64,000 nt of DNA from a virus. The stretch's first letter is position 1, and the number at the start of each line of letters is the position of its first letter. A program made the translations under genes and the position numbers. The stretch is from positions 1 to 64,000 of IMG/VR virus record IMGVR_UViG_3300036761_003567. One strand, given 5' to 3'. Under the pieces are notes generated by a model, which was not told the origin of the DNA, made no database searches, and saw only the letters and a program-made list of their open reading frames with translations. Shown here piece after piece: positions 10,000-18,510 of the stretch.

Positions 10000-10218
10000 G
10001 TGAATAAGAGAGATGTGTTGTGGCTCTTTGTACTTACCCTGGCAGTAACTTGCACGACATTCCTGGTGTTATTCATCCGCTGGACATTCGGCAGCGGACT
10101 AGGATGGTGGTGATAGCCCCCGGCCGCCTTTGACCCCTTGGAGGCTCCGCGATGTGCGGGTTGCTACGTCTCGGCGGCCGGGATAGTTAGCCTCGCTAGA
10201 TTACCAATCTAGCGGGCC
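10000..10218 (+). ncRNA. Candidate structured non-coding RNA (about 220 nt)
   Basis: No credible ORF. Stems 10000-10007/10069-10076, 10076-10082/10092-10098, 10119-10128/10173-10182, 10194-10202/10206-10214. Promoter-like TCAAAGATAT at 9987-9996. Confidence 0.5.
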
Positions 10219-10225
10219 TGTTGGA

Positions 10226-10753
10226 CTAGGTCGGGAAGCTGCGCCCATCGATGCCGTAAGTCACGCCATTGAGTTCGATGTGGTAGATTCTTCCAGCCAG
10301 CCACGGCGAAATCGTCTCCAGGGTGGCCTTCAGCAGCCTCACGTCATCGTCCTGATCCGCGGTGGTGTTCACGCCGTCCCTAATGCTGCCGCCTGTCGTC
10401 GACGGACCTGTCAGCGTCTGATTCTGATAATCGACCTGCTTGTCCGTGAGAGGTGACCGGACGGGCTTCTCGCTCAGCATGAACCCCGTAAAGGTCAGAC
10501 GGGTCGGTTTCTGACCAAACTGCGGCGTGTGCATGACGGGACCGGGCATCTCGATCTGGATGCCAAAGCTCCCTACGACCATGCTCTTGATGTCGTCTTC
10601 GACCTGGTTGGCAATCTTCTCGATGTCCCTGATGATCTCGAAGCGACTGCCTTCGATGGGATCCACTCTCGAGAAGACAGTGAAGTTGGACCACTGCCCA
10701 TAGGTCGGCCCAGCAGGATTCGGGCTCCTGGGGTCGGTTGCCATCCTGGTCAT
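10226..10753 (-). CDS. Hypothetical protein (possibly virion)
   Basis: GAGG RBS and upstream GCAAATTTAT motif. Confidence 0.75.
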   Translation of the reverse strand: MTRMATDPRSPNPAGPTYGQWSNFTVFSRVDPIEGSRFEIIRDIEKIANQVEDDIKSMVVGSFGIQIEMPGPVMHTPQFGQKPTRLTFTGFMLSEKPVRSPLTDKQVDYQNQTLTGPSTTGGSIRDGVNTTADQDDDVRLLKATLETISPWLAGRIYHIELNGVTYGIDGRSFPT

Positions 10754-10796
10754 AGGATTATTCCTCTCATGGTTCCAATATAAATTTGCCAGATGA

Positions 10797-10825
10797 TTGA
10801 CGCAAAGGCGAAGCCCTGATATACT
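10797..10825 (+). promoter_or_regulatory. Host sigma70-type early promoter
   Basis: TTGACG-17 nt-TATACT with extended -10 TG; AAGGAG RBS follows. Confidence 0.8.
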
Positions 10826-10851
10826 ACTGGTGGAAAATTAAGGAGAAAGTC

Positions 10852-11316
10852 ATGCTCGACTACAACAAGTTCTACCATCTGATCCTGCGCCCAGACGCAT
10901 CAAAATGGAACACGGAATCCAGCGCCCGAGTCATGCTCCACGTCATCCTCGGCTGGGACCGCGATCTCTGTGCGAAAGTCGCCAGTGGCTTCATCAAGAA
11001 GAAGCCGCAAATCCTCCTCACGGCACCCCTGGAAACCGTCGAGCATCTCGCCGTCAAGATTTCTGACTGGGGTATGTGGGGCTTCAAGGTCTCCATCAAG
11101 CCCGTCGCCGGCAATCCTGACGACGAAGAGCGGACCTGGTCCAGAGGACCCTGTTGCGTCAGCAAGCTGGCGAAGCCCATCAAAGATTGCCCGCCCTGCA
11201 GCGGTCCGCCCATCCATTCCAAGACCAATCTCGTACACGGTCGGGCATGCAAGTATTGGTATTGCGAGACTCACGCCAAGTGGGCCAAAAACGAATGTGC
11301 TAAGCGCCCCTTTTAA
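10852..11316 (+). CDS. Putative ClpS-like domain plus Cys/His-rich C-terminal domain
   Basis: YHLILRPD...VMLHVILG.....A......PQILLTAPLETVE...KVSIKP follows the ClpS pattern; C-terminal CC/CxxC/C..C..H. Confidence 0.45.
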   Translation: MLDYNKFYHLILRPDASKWNTESSARVMLHVILGWDRDLCAKVASGFIKKKPQILLTAPLETVEHLAVKISDWGMWGFKVSIKPVAGNPDDEERTWSRGPCCVSKLAKPIKDCPPCSGPPIHSKTNLVHGRACKYWYCETHAKWAKNECAKRPF

Positions 11317-11403
11317 CACTCCCCAAATACAGCAACGGGCAGGCTCTGTGCCTGCCCGTTGCATCACGGTCAAATCACGCGGCTAAAAGTCGCTTACGCG
11401 ACT

Positions 11404-11787
11404 TTAGTCGCCGTCCACCACCATGGTCGCCAGGCCAGCCACCGTGCGGAGGTCGCCCTGGATGTCTTCCGCCCTGTGGACCTGATCCTTGACCAGGAAC
11501 ACATCGCGGCCGATCCGGACGGGCCACTGCAGCCCATTGATGGTCATCCCCGTCGCGAGCGTCGTCGCGGGGAGGGCGAAGCGGACCACCGGGTGACCGT
11601 AGCGGTGCGCGTCGGTGTTGAAGGCGTCGCGGGTCTGGCTCACGAGCACTTCCCGAGAGGGGACGCTCATGACCAGCGGGCGAAGCTTGCCGATGATGGC
11701 CTTGTCGGCCTCATGGCGCAGCTCCTGCCGATACGCCCTCACGCCCCTGAAGACCGAGATCGTTGCATTGACTGGTTGCTCGGCCAT
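11404..11787 (-). CDS. Hypothetical protein
   Basis: AAGGAGG RBS; phage-like codon usage. Confidence 0.8.
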   Translation of the reverse strand: MAEQPVNATISVFRGVRAYRQELRHEADKAIIGKLRPLVMSVPSREVLVSQTRDAFNTDAHRYGHPVVRFALPATTLATGMTINGLQWPVRIGRDVFLVKDQVHRAEDIQGDLRTVAGLATMVVDGD

Positions 11788-11822
11788 CGTCTGCCTCCTT
11801 GCATGCGCAAAATCGCGCTGAC

Positions 11823-12671
11823 TTATTTTTGCGCGGAGGCTGCAGGAAGAATAACGACATCCTCAAATCCGAAGGCCGACAGCTTATTGAGGTCCAGCTT
11901 ATACGACCTGTTCAGGTCGATGTTGTCGCTGATGAGGAGCAGACGCCGCTTCTCCTCATTGAGCTGTTCGATCATGACAGCGATCTTGTTGATCCTGTCC
12001 ACGTAGGTCCTGACGACGCTCCTGAGCGTATTCAAGCGCGCCAGGGCCTTGTTCTCCTCGTCGGAGAGCTCCGCATTCCTGCGGCCGGAATCGCCCACGC
12101 TGCCCTGGTAACCCTGCCAACCGCAATTGCCCTGATGACCCTGGATGCCCGTCCATCCCGACGCCATGCTGCGGGCCGACAGCGAGGCGATCTGCTCCTC
12201 AAGGAAGACTTCGTCCAGGAACTTGTCGACGGCCCTGAACTTGTCCTTGTAGTCGTCGAACTTATCCGCGAATGTCGAAGCCTTCTCGGCGATCTGCTTC
12301 TCGGTCTGCGAGTTGAACTCGAAGACCTTCATGCGCATCCGATGGCAGATCTCATCGATCTCCCGCCTCATCGGCGCTGTGACCGCATTCTTCTCGTCTT
12401 CCCGCGCGATGCGCAGGTCATCGAGGAGACGGATCTGATCTTCTTTTTCCTGGAGGAACGTGCGGACGGAGCTGATAACGCCTTCGCACTCTCCAATCCG
12501 CGAGTTGATGGCCTGGACTCTCTTGCCGATGACCTCCCTGATCTCAGAGCCCTTCTTATCGAACAGGACTCCGACGATTGTTCCTTCCAGGGTAGTCACG
12601 GAGCAGACGGGATCATCCGAGCGGATCTGAATCGGCCGCCTGTATGCGCGAAGTGCCTTAGACATCGCCAT
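11823..12671 (-). CDS. Coiled-coil protein with a short Gly-X-Y insert
   Basis: Helical heptads flank GWTGIQGHQGNCGWQGYQGSVGDSG; AGGAG RBS. Confidence 0.75.
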   Translation of the reverse strand: MAMSKALRAYRRPIQIRSDDPVCSVTTLEGTIVGVLFDKKGSEIREVIGKRVQAINSRIGECEGVISSVRTFLQEKEDQIRLLDDLRIAREDEKNAVTAPMRREIDEICHRMRMKVFEFNSQTEKQIAEKASTFADKFDDYKDKFRAVDKFLDEVFLEEQIASLSARSMASGWTGIQGHQGNCGWQGYQGSVGDSGRRNAELSDEENKALARLNTLRSVVRTYVDRINKIAVMIEQLNEEKRRLLLISDNIDLNRSYKLDLNKLSAFGFEDVVILPAASAQK

Positions 12672-12733
12672 TCTCCTGAAAGGAGGGTTACGAGAATGGC
12701 GACAGCGCGATTTTGTTCGTCTATCTGTCGCTT

Positions 12734-13363
12734 TTAGTCTACGCGAGGCATTACAATGCCTCGCTGATTTTGGTATTTACCACCTTTCCTTGCGTAATCT
12801 TTCTGCGGTTTGTATCCTCGGAAGAACAGGATCTGTGCGATGCCCTCCATCGCGTAAATCTTGGCCGGAAGCGGAGTCGCGTTGATGATCTCCACGACGA
12901 TCGTTCCGACGAATCCCGGTTCAATTGGGGTAGCATTGACGGCTATTCCGGCCCTTGCATATGTACTCTTGCCGAGGCAGACTCCGATCATGTTGTCTGG
13001 CATGCGGAACCGTTCCACGCTTTCTCCAAGCGCATAGGAATTCGGCGGGATAATACACGTCTTCCCGACGAAATCGACAAAGCAGTCGTCCGTGATCTTC
13101 TTGGGATCGATGATGGAGCTGCGGATGTTAGTAAAGATCTTAAAGTGCTTGGAAATCCTGATGTCGTAGCCATACGAGCTGTAGCCGTAGGAAATGGTGC
13201 CCTTCCGTTTCTCACCCTCCGCAGCCCTGTCTATGAATTTGAGCGCCTTCAGCTCATAATCACAGAGGATGCGCGGGCAGACTTTAGGCCAGGCAGAGAT
13301 CGGTATGGCACCTATCTGCTCCTGCGTCAGCCAGGCCGAATCGTCAGGTTGTCGCCTTCGCAT
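12734..13363 (-). CDS. dcd: dCTP deaminase
   Basis: ISYGYSSYGYDIR, IPPNSYAL, GKSTYAR.G, TPIEPGF.G, EGIAQILF, YQNQRG. Confidence 0.95.
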   Translation of the reverse strand: MRRRQPDDSAWLTQEQIGAIPISAWPKVCPRILCDYELKALKFIDRAAEGEKRKGTISYGYSSYGYDIRISKHFKIFTNIRSSIIDPKKITDDCFVDFVGKTCIIPPNSYALGESVERFRMPDNMIGVCLGKSTYARAGIAVNATPIEPGFVGTIVVEIINATPLPAKIYAMEGIAQILFFRGYKPQKDYARKGGKYQNQRGIVMPRVD

Positions 13364-13763
13364 CCGGAGTCCTTTCTACGACTTCGACTTGGATCCTATG
13401 GAAACGGAAGGATCGACAAATAAGACCCTCTTCGTGCCGGACCAGAATAGGCTTCGCTACGACGTTATAACCCTTCTTGATACTATCCTGTAAGAAGATG
13501 CCGGCAGGCGTATTCAGGATTTCCAGGTCCGCGATTATCTCCTCGCCGTCCAGCCGAATGCCGAGGACCTTGTGCGACGGATTGCTCGTATCGGCTATCC
13601 GATCCGGGTCCCGGTTCAGGATACTGCCCACCATCTCCTGCTGGATCCTCAAAGCGAGTCGGGGATCCAGCAAGGCTTTCTCTATGGCGGAACGCGTGAG
13701 CGTAATGCCGTCCCTCTCTCCAGGCTTGTCGGCAAATACGCCTGTCCTGGCCGTGACCTTCAT
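13344..13763 (-). CDS. Degenerate prohead protease (T4 gp21-like) paralog
   Basis: SHKV..IRLDG.EII...EIL.TP.G..L....G matches the gp21 core, but the GE..HP and SSRG catalytic motifs are absent. Confidence 0.5.
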   Translation of the reverse strand: MKVTARTGVFADKPGERDGITLTRSAIEKALLDPRLALRIQQEMVGSILNRDPDRIADTSNPSHKVLGIRLDGEEIIADLEILNTPAGIFLQDSIKKGYNVVAKPILVRHEEGLICRSFRFHRIQVEVVERTPDAKATT

Positions 13764-14014
13764 CCCTTGAGAATGTGTTTTGAGACGAATTTGGTCATCG
13801 TGAACATCGAGACTTGCGACGCCCCTTCGAATAGCACCTTCAGCTTGTCGTCGGCGTTGATGTTCGTCTTCTTCACCTTGTCCTGCAGTCCGTTCTTCTT
13901 GATGTACTCCCAGAGCTTCTTGGTGATCTCGGTCCTGGGCTTCGGCTCCGGACCCACCACGGCCCCGAGTGCCTCATCCACCTTCACCGGCGCCATGAAC
14001 TTGTTCACCGCCAT
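13760..14014 (-). CDS. SWIB/MDM2 domain protein
   Basis: L.AVVG..P.PRTEITKKLWEYIKKNGLQD......INADDKLK.LF.....VSMF.M.K....H. Confidence 0.93.
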   Translation of the reverse strand: MAVNKFMAPVKVDEALGAVVGPEPKPRTEITKKLWEYIKKNGLQDKVKKTNINADDKLKVLFEGASQVSMFTMTKFVSKHILKG

Positions 14015-14034
14015 GCCGAGCTCCTTAACTGGGT

Positions 14035-14490
14035 TTAAGCCTTCAAAGGGTTTTCATAGACACCAGGCGTACTGTTTGGGATTATCGTAGCGCCAACGAC
14101 CTTGCCGTAGAATTCCACGGGTCCGACGCCTCCAACGATGCCGTAGACGTAACCCAGTTCGCGCAAGCCGTGGAGGGCGGACAGCAGGAGAGCCCTCCCT
14201 ATGCCGCGCTTCCGATACGAACTGGAGACGCCTTCCGGACCCAGGAAAGCCCTCGCGGTGCATTCATAGGCGCAAAAGCCGCAGACCTTCCCATTGTCGA
14301 TGGCGATGAAGAGAGTCGACGGCTTCAACGAAAAGGCGACAGACGCCTCATCGGCCCAGCCTGGTCCGAAGTTTGACAGAATGAAATGAAGTACGGGCGT
14401 CATCTCGAATGGAAGCGCCCGGCGGATCACGATCCCCTGTACGCGTGGTATCGCCGGAATCTCTAACAGCTTGACCAGCATGTCTGCCAT
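14035..14490 (-). CDS. GNAT family N-acetyltransferase
   Basis: Motif A GV...YRKRGIGRALL; FY motif. Confidence 0.88.
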   Translation of the reverse strand: MADMLVKLLEIPAIPRVQGIVIRRALPFEMTPVLHFILSNFGPGWADEASVAFSLKPSTLFIAIDNGKVCGFCAYECTARAFLGPEGVSSSYRKRGIGRALLLSALHGLRELGYVYGIVGGVGPVEFYGKVVGATIIPNSTPGVYENPLKA

Positions 14491-14500
14491 ACCGTCCGAC

Positions 14501-15775
14501 TTAAATAGTTACGTGAATTTTGTCCGCGGTATTCGGTCCAGTCCCCAGGATGATGCACATTCCCATGTCCGGCCAGTTCGTATCGCTTTTGAAGACGTCG
14601 AGCACGTTCTCTTGCAGCCAGGCCATCACCTTCGGCGTGATGGTACCATCACGCCCGGACAGGGCGTCGTTCAGGCGTATATTACCGCGCCGGCCAGTCA
14701 TATCACCATCAAGATAGTTCACGAAATTGACGGACAGAAAGATCCAGCCGTTCGCGCGGTTGTATTCGATGGATTGCTTGAGATTTTGCTTGGAGAAGGT
14801 GAAGACGCGGCGTGGAAGCTTGGTGACGCTAGTGATCTCCGTAATAGGCGTCGGAGATCCGGAGATCTTGGTGACTTCTTCCCAGGTCGTCTCCACCTGG
14901 TCAGAATAACCTGGTCCGCTGTTATATTTCACGACTTGGTAGGGCTTCCCCTCCTTCTCGTACTTCTGGACCTCGTCCCACGTCATGTGTCTATTCCCGT
15001 CCAGATACTTGTTGCTGTTGATCCGGATCGGATAAGTCCTGAGGTTAATGATGACGTTCCCGGCATAATGGACCGGGAGCATCATGTCATCCAGTCCTGC
15101 CGCCGTCGTGCAGTTCCGGGACGTCGTGAAAGGGAACATTTCGGCTAGGAGGTAGGACAACTGGAAGCCCTGCGCGATTTCCAGGAGTCCAGACTGTCCA
15201 TCCTTCAGCCTTTGTATGATCTCACCTGGCACGTCGCATAGGAATTGCTTCAGCTCCGGAATGTCCCTCGCGTACTTGGCTTCCTTGCGCCGCAAGACTC
15301 GCCTGGCGCGACACGCGCCGGCGCCATGGGCGGTACTGCCCGCCTTCATGGTCCCGTCGTGCTTCTCTGTGGGGAATCCTTCAAAATCCAGCACGCCGCG
15401 CTCGAATCCGGAGTCGATGTCCTGGAGGATGGCCGCGACCGGACTAATCCCAAGCTTGTGCGGGGGTACGTTGTTCTCCTTGATCTCTCTGAACAGGGCT
15501 GGCAGCTCGATGATCGCCCCCGGGCCGATGTAGAGCTTCTCGTACTTGTCGACCATGTAAGCACAGCTGTTGAGTGTCTGGTAGAAGAACTTCCGGCCGT
15601 CGTCCAGCTTCACCCAATGGCCCGCCTGCGGAGCGAAGGCATTACAGGCAAATTGCCAGTTCTTGGCATATTCGCAGAGATGAGATCCCAGTACGCCCTT
15701 CCCCGAGCTCCCAGCCTGACCGTCGAGCAGGACCGTGAGCTCGCCAGGACTAAAAGCGAATGATGTGTCGAACAT
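14501..15775 (-). CDS. purZ: Adenylosuccinate synthetase-family enzyme with PurZ signatures (N6-succino-2-amino-dAMP synthase)
   Basis: DGQAGSSGKG (Ser at E. coli PurA D13), AGH, GST..G.G, EIAQG, RTYPIR, SGP.YSDQ.E..W, TSVTKLPRRVFTFS (Leu at R303), NFVNY (in place of TKLD). Start revised to ATG 15775 with AGGAGG RBS. Confidence 0.8.
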   Translation of the reverse strand: MFDTSFAFSPGELTVLLDGQAGSSGKGVLGSHLCEYAKNWQFACNAFAPQAGHWVKLDDGRKFFYQTLNSCAYMVDKYEKLYIGPGAIIELPALFREIKENNVPPHKLGISPVAAILQDIDSGFERGVLDFEGFPTEKHDGTMKAGSTAHGAGACRARRVLRRKEAKYARDIPELKQFLCDVPGEIIQRLKDGQSGLLEIAQGFQLSYLLAEMFPFTTSRNCTTAAGLDDMMLPVHYAGNVIINLRTYPIRINSNKYLDGNRHMTWDEVQKYEKEGKPYQVVKYNSGPGYSDQVETTWEEVTKISGSPTPITEITSVTKLPRRVFTFSKQNLKQSIEYNRANGWIFLSVNFVNYLDGDMTGRRGNIRLNDALSGRDGTITPKVMAWLQENVLDVFKSDTNWPDMGMCIILGTGPNTADKIHVTI

Positions 15776-15783
15776 CGCGCCTC

Positions 15784-16113
15784 CTAGAATGATTTCTGCA
15801 ACCAGGCAACTGGGACCCAAATCAGAACGTTCCTCTTCCCCCGCCTTACCCTAATGCGCGCGTGGGCATAATCCTTCTGTATGACGGTTGCTGGCTCCAG
15901 GTTCAGCTCGTGGCCCTTATTGACGACGTAGACTTGCTCATTGACCAAGAAACGCGGAATGATCACTCTCCGTTTCTCGTGCCTTATGAAGACGACTTCA
16001 AAGAAGAACCCCTTCAAGCATGAGACACAATCCACCTGGAATGAGCGCTTTTCCTGTTGCTCGCTCTCCAGCTCGTTTTCTGTTCCGCAGTAAGGGCATC
16101 GAACGGTTTCCAT
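15784..16113 (-). CDS. Zinc-ribbon plus SH3/KOW-like small protein
   Basis: CPYC and CVSC pairs; beta-rich C-terminus. Confidence 0.6.
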   Translation of the reverse strand: METVRCPYCGTENELESEQQEKRSFQVDCVSCLKGFFFEVVFIRHEKRRVIIPRFLVNEQVYVVNKGHELNLEPATVIQKDYAHARIRVRRGKRNVLIWVPVAWLQKSF

Positions 16114-16116
16114 TAC

Positions 16117-16878
16117 TCATAACTTTTCTGTCTGATCCGGCACTTTCGCTTCTTGGGCAGATTCTTGCTTCGGAGCGAGAGGCTGTGCAGGCTGGTTCTG
16201 GATCTCCTGAGCCATTCGGAGAATGGACCGGGCCTGGTCCAGCGACACGCCGATCCTGGTTACCCCGGGGATCTTCAGCAACGCCGTCACCTTCTGGCAC
16301 TGCTCCCGCGGGTCCTTGGGGAGTCCGCAGACCTTCACGAGATTGGGCGCGTCGGCTCGGACCCTCTCCACGGCTGCGACGATGGCTGTGAGGGCAGGCA
16401 CGATGACGAGGCTCGTCTCCAGCCTCACGAGGGCGGGCCGACTGAATTTGAATTCCTCGCAGCAGGCCTTGATCTCGGCGTCGTTCCGATTGAAGATGCC
16501 CAGGACGAACCGAATCTCAGCAAGCGGGTTGTATCTCTTGATGAGGTCCGTGATGGCCCGGATCTCATTCTTGCAGTTGGCTTCGCCTCTGTTGGCGCTT
16601 AGGACGATTTCGAACCCATCTGCCTCGAACGCGTCCTGGGGGACGTCCCGGAGCTTGTCCAGCGCAAACTCCCTTCCGGCAGGAAAATCCACCGCCGCCA
16701 CGATCCTATACTGTCCGTCCCGAGTCGATTTGTCGACGATAGCCGCTTGGACGGCGGTCGGCGGTACCATGACGGCCTGACACCGATTTTTTGATGCGAA
16801 CATACCCGCATCGACCAGTTCCCGCTGGTTCAAGCCGCCGACCTCGATCTCGAGCTTGGACGTGATCTGGATCGTCAT
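16117..16878 (-). CDS. DeoC (deoxyribose-phosphate aldolase)-like TIM barrel with altered active site
   Basis: AVMVPP, VDFPAG, ADGFEIV, VKVCG and RIGVS align to DeoC motifs; the Schiff-base KTSTG region reads RLETS. Start revised (ATGA overlap). Confidence 0.6.
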   Translation of the reverse strand: MTIQITSKLEIEVGGLNQRELVDAGMFASKNRCQAVMVPPTAVQAAIVDKSTRDGQYRIVAAVDFPAGREFALDKLRDVPQDAFEADGFEIVLSANRGEANCKNEIRAITDLIKRYNPLAEIRFVLGIFNRNDAEIKACCEEFKFSRPALVRLETSLVIVPALTAIVAAVERVRADAPNLVKVCGLPKDPREQCQKVTALLKIPGVTRIGVSLDQARSILRMAQEIQNQPAQPLAPKQESAQEAKVPDQTEKL

Positions 16879-17513
16879 TTTTGCCCTTTCTGCGGCATCC
16901 AGGTCAAGAAAATCCACTTCTTCGGATCTATTGGCCGATTGCCTTCGTTAATATGTCTCACGGCCGTCAAGAGCTGATCCTCGTTCGGGAAGAAGACGTC
17001 ATCCATGTCGCTGATCTTATCTACGAACATCGACACCAGCCACATGGATGGGACGCCGTCAGGACAGATGAACATGACGGGGGCGCCGGCCCTGGACAGG
17101 AGCGCCAGCTCTTCAAACGTCCCCACCGTGAATGGGCTCTTGGGCAGTCGGCAGATACACCAGTTTGTCGCATGGACCATCCGAAGGCAGACGTCCCTCT
17201 GAATATGCATGTCCTGGAGAGCCGCCTCGGCTTCGCCCTTCTCCGTTTCCACTTCCGAAGGCGGGACCAAGCGGCCCACAAAATTTGAACAAACCCTTGG
17301 CGTGCCAGGTCGACAAAAGAATTTCTCGTTGATGTCTGCCTGCGGCCGACGACCTCGAGGGCCGACCCATTCCGGCTTGACGAGGGGGTTGAGGACGATA
17401 ACGTCCATCCCGGACAATTCCTGCGTCAGCCGACTGCGCCATTCAGCTGCGTGAGGGTCCGCCTCCACAGGTCCACCTAAGTATACTGTCGTCCCGCTTA
17501 AAATACCCATCAT
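16875..17513 (-). CDS. Nucleoside 2-deoxyribosyltransferase / DNPH1-like N-glycosidase
   Basis: VYLGGP, WR, VLNP, GTFEE (catalytic Glu) and S.WL motifs. Confidence 0.7.
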   Translation of the reverse strand: MMGILSGTTVYLGGPVEADPHAAEWRSRLTQELSGMDVIVLNPLVKPEWVGPRGRRPQADINEKFFCRPGTPRVCSNFVGRLVPPSEVETEKGEAEAALQDMHIQRDVCLRMVHATNWCICRLPKSPFTVGTFEELALLSRAGAPVMFICPDGVPSMWLVSMFVDKISDMDDVFFPNEDQLLTAVRHINEGNRPIDPKKWIFLTWMPQKGQK

Positions 17514-17890
17514 TGTCTCATTTCTTTTAAGAATGCTTTCACTTCGTCATTGGTGTGCCTGTTTTTACCTAAATTTATAAATTGACAAACCAATTGCACA
17601 TTCCCGACGAGATATCCTCTCTTGCTGTCTATCCTATCAATAGAAATCGAAGCATGATTTCCGAGAGTGTGCATCATCTGCAAACCGCTTAAAGCACATT
17701 TTCCGTCTTGAGCTCCGTACAAGTCAATTAAATACTGGCATGTAATTGTGTCAGGTGCCGACCCTATTCTCGGCTTCGCTATTATGAATCTGTTTGTGAT
17801 AAAATTATGGGCTGACCGCTCTACCCATGCCGCTACTCTCCGTCTGTGTTCGGCTTTTTTCTCGGGAGTTAATTGTTTATACTTACCCAC
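17510..17890 (-). CDS. HNH-like (His-Me finger) endonuclease
   Basis: C..SG..M...SIDRIDS..GY..GNVQLVC.FIN..K; AT-rich. GTG start is uncertain. Confidence 0.7.
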   Translation of the reverse strand: MGKYKQLTPEKKAEHRRRVAAWVERSAHNFITNRFIIAKPRIGSAPDTITCQYLIDLYGAQDGKCALSGLQMMHTLGNHASISIDRIDSKRGYLVGNVQLVCQFINLGKNRHTNDEVKAFLKEMRQ

Positions 17891-18464
17891 GCCGCAATCC
17901 GGCCAAGAACTCCTTGGCGGCCTCATTGGTTCCAGAATACTTACCAAGATTTACAAATTGACACACAAGCTGGATATTACCACGCACATATCCAATACCA
18001 TTATCGATTCGGTCTATGGATATAGCATTAAGCTTTCCAATTTGGTGTACAAGCTTGACGCCAGACAGCGCACACCTGCCGCTTTGTCTTGCGTACAAGT
18101 CAGCTAAAAATCTCAGATCAACGTCCAACTTCAACGGCCTCCGAAACACATAGCGTCCGTCGGGTTTTTGATGCTTGCGAAGTCTAGTGCGTTTCTTGAT
18201 GCTACCATATAAACCTGCCAAGAAAGAGAATGGCGTCTTCTCTATGTTGTGCCTGTGCTTGAGCTGATAATATTCTCTCCTGGCAAAATAGCATTTACTC
18301 TTCGCGTGCGATATTCTCTCCTTATTTGCAATCCTATAAAGCTTCTTTTTGTTATTTGTACAAGTCTTGCACACAGATCCGTACCCACGCTCGTTCAATG
18401 AAAAATCCAGCGTTTGTTTGACAAACCCACACTTACTACACACCTTTGTATCTTTTTGTTCCAT
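17883..18464 (-). CDS. HNH-like endonuclease with N-terminal CxxC zinc finger
   Basis: CSKC/CKTC; CALSG...SIDRIDN..GY..GNIQLVC..VN..K; AT-rich. Confidence 0.75.
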   Translation of the reverse strand: MEQKDTKVCSKCGFVKQTLDFSLNERGYGSVCKTCTNNKKKLYRIANKERISHAKSKCYFARREYYQLKHRHNIEKTPFSFLAGLYGSIKKRTRLRKHQKPDGRYVFRRPLKLDVDLRFLADLYARQSGRCALSGVKLVHQIGKLNAISIDRIDNGIGYVRGNIQLVCQFVNLGKYSGTNEAAKEFLAGLRRG

Positions 18465-18510
18465 CGAATCTGACCCAGAATCGAATTAAACGACTATGAT
18501 ATTTAGGTGG

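Noticed and set aside
14501-15775. Ordinary PurA auxiliary metabolic gene
   Set aside because: It lacks the GDEGKG Asp, the R303 equivalent and TKLD; the substitutions match PurZ.
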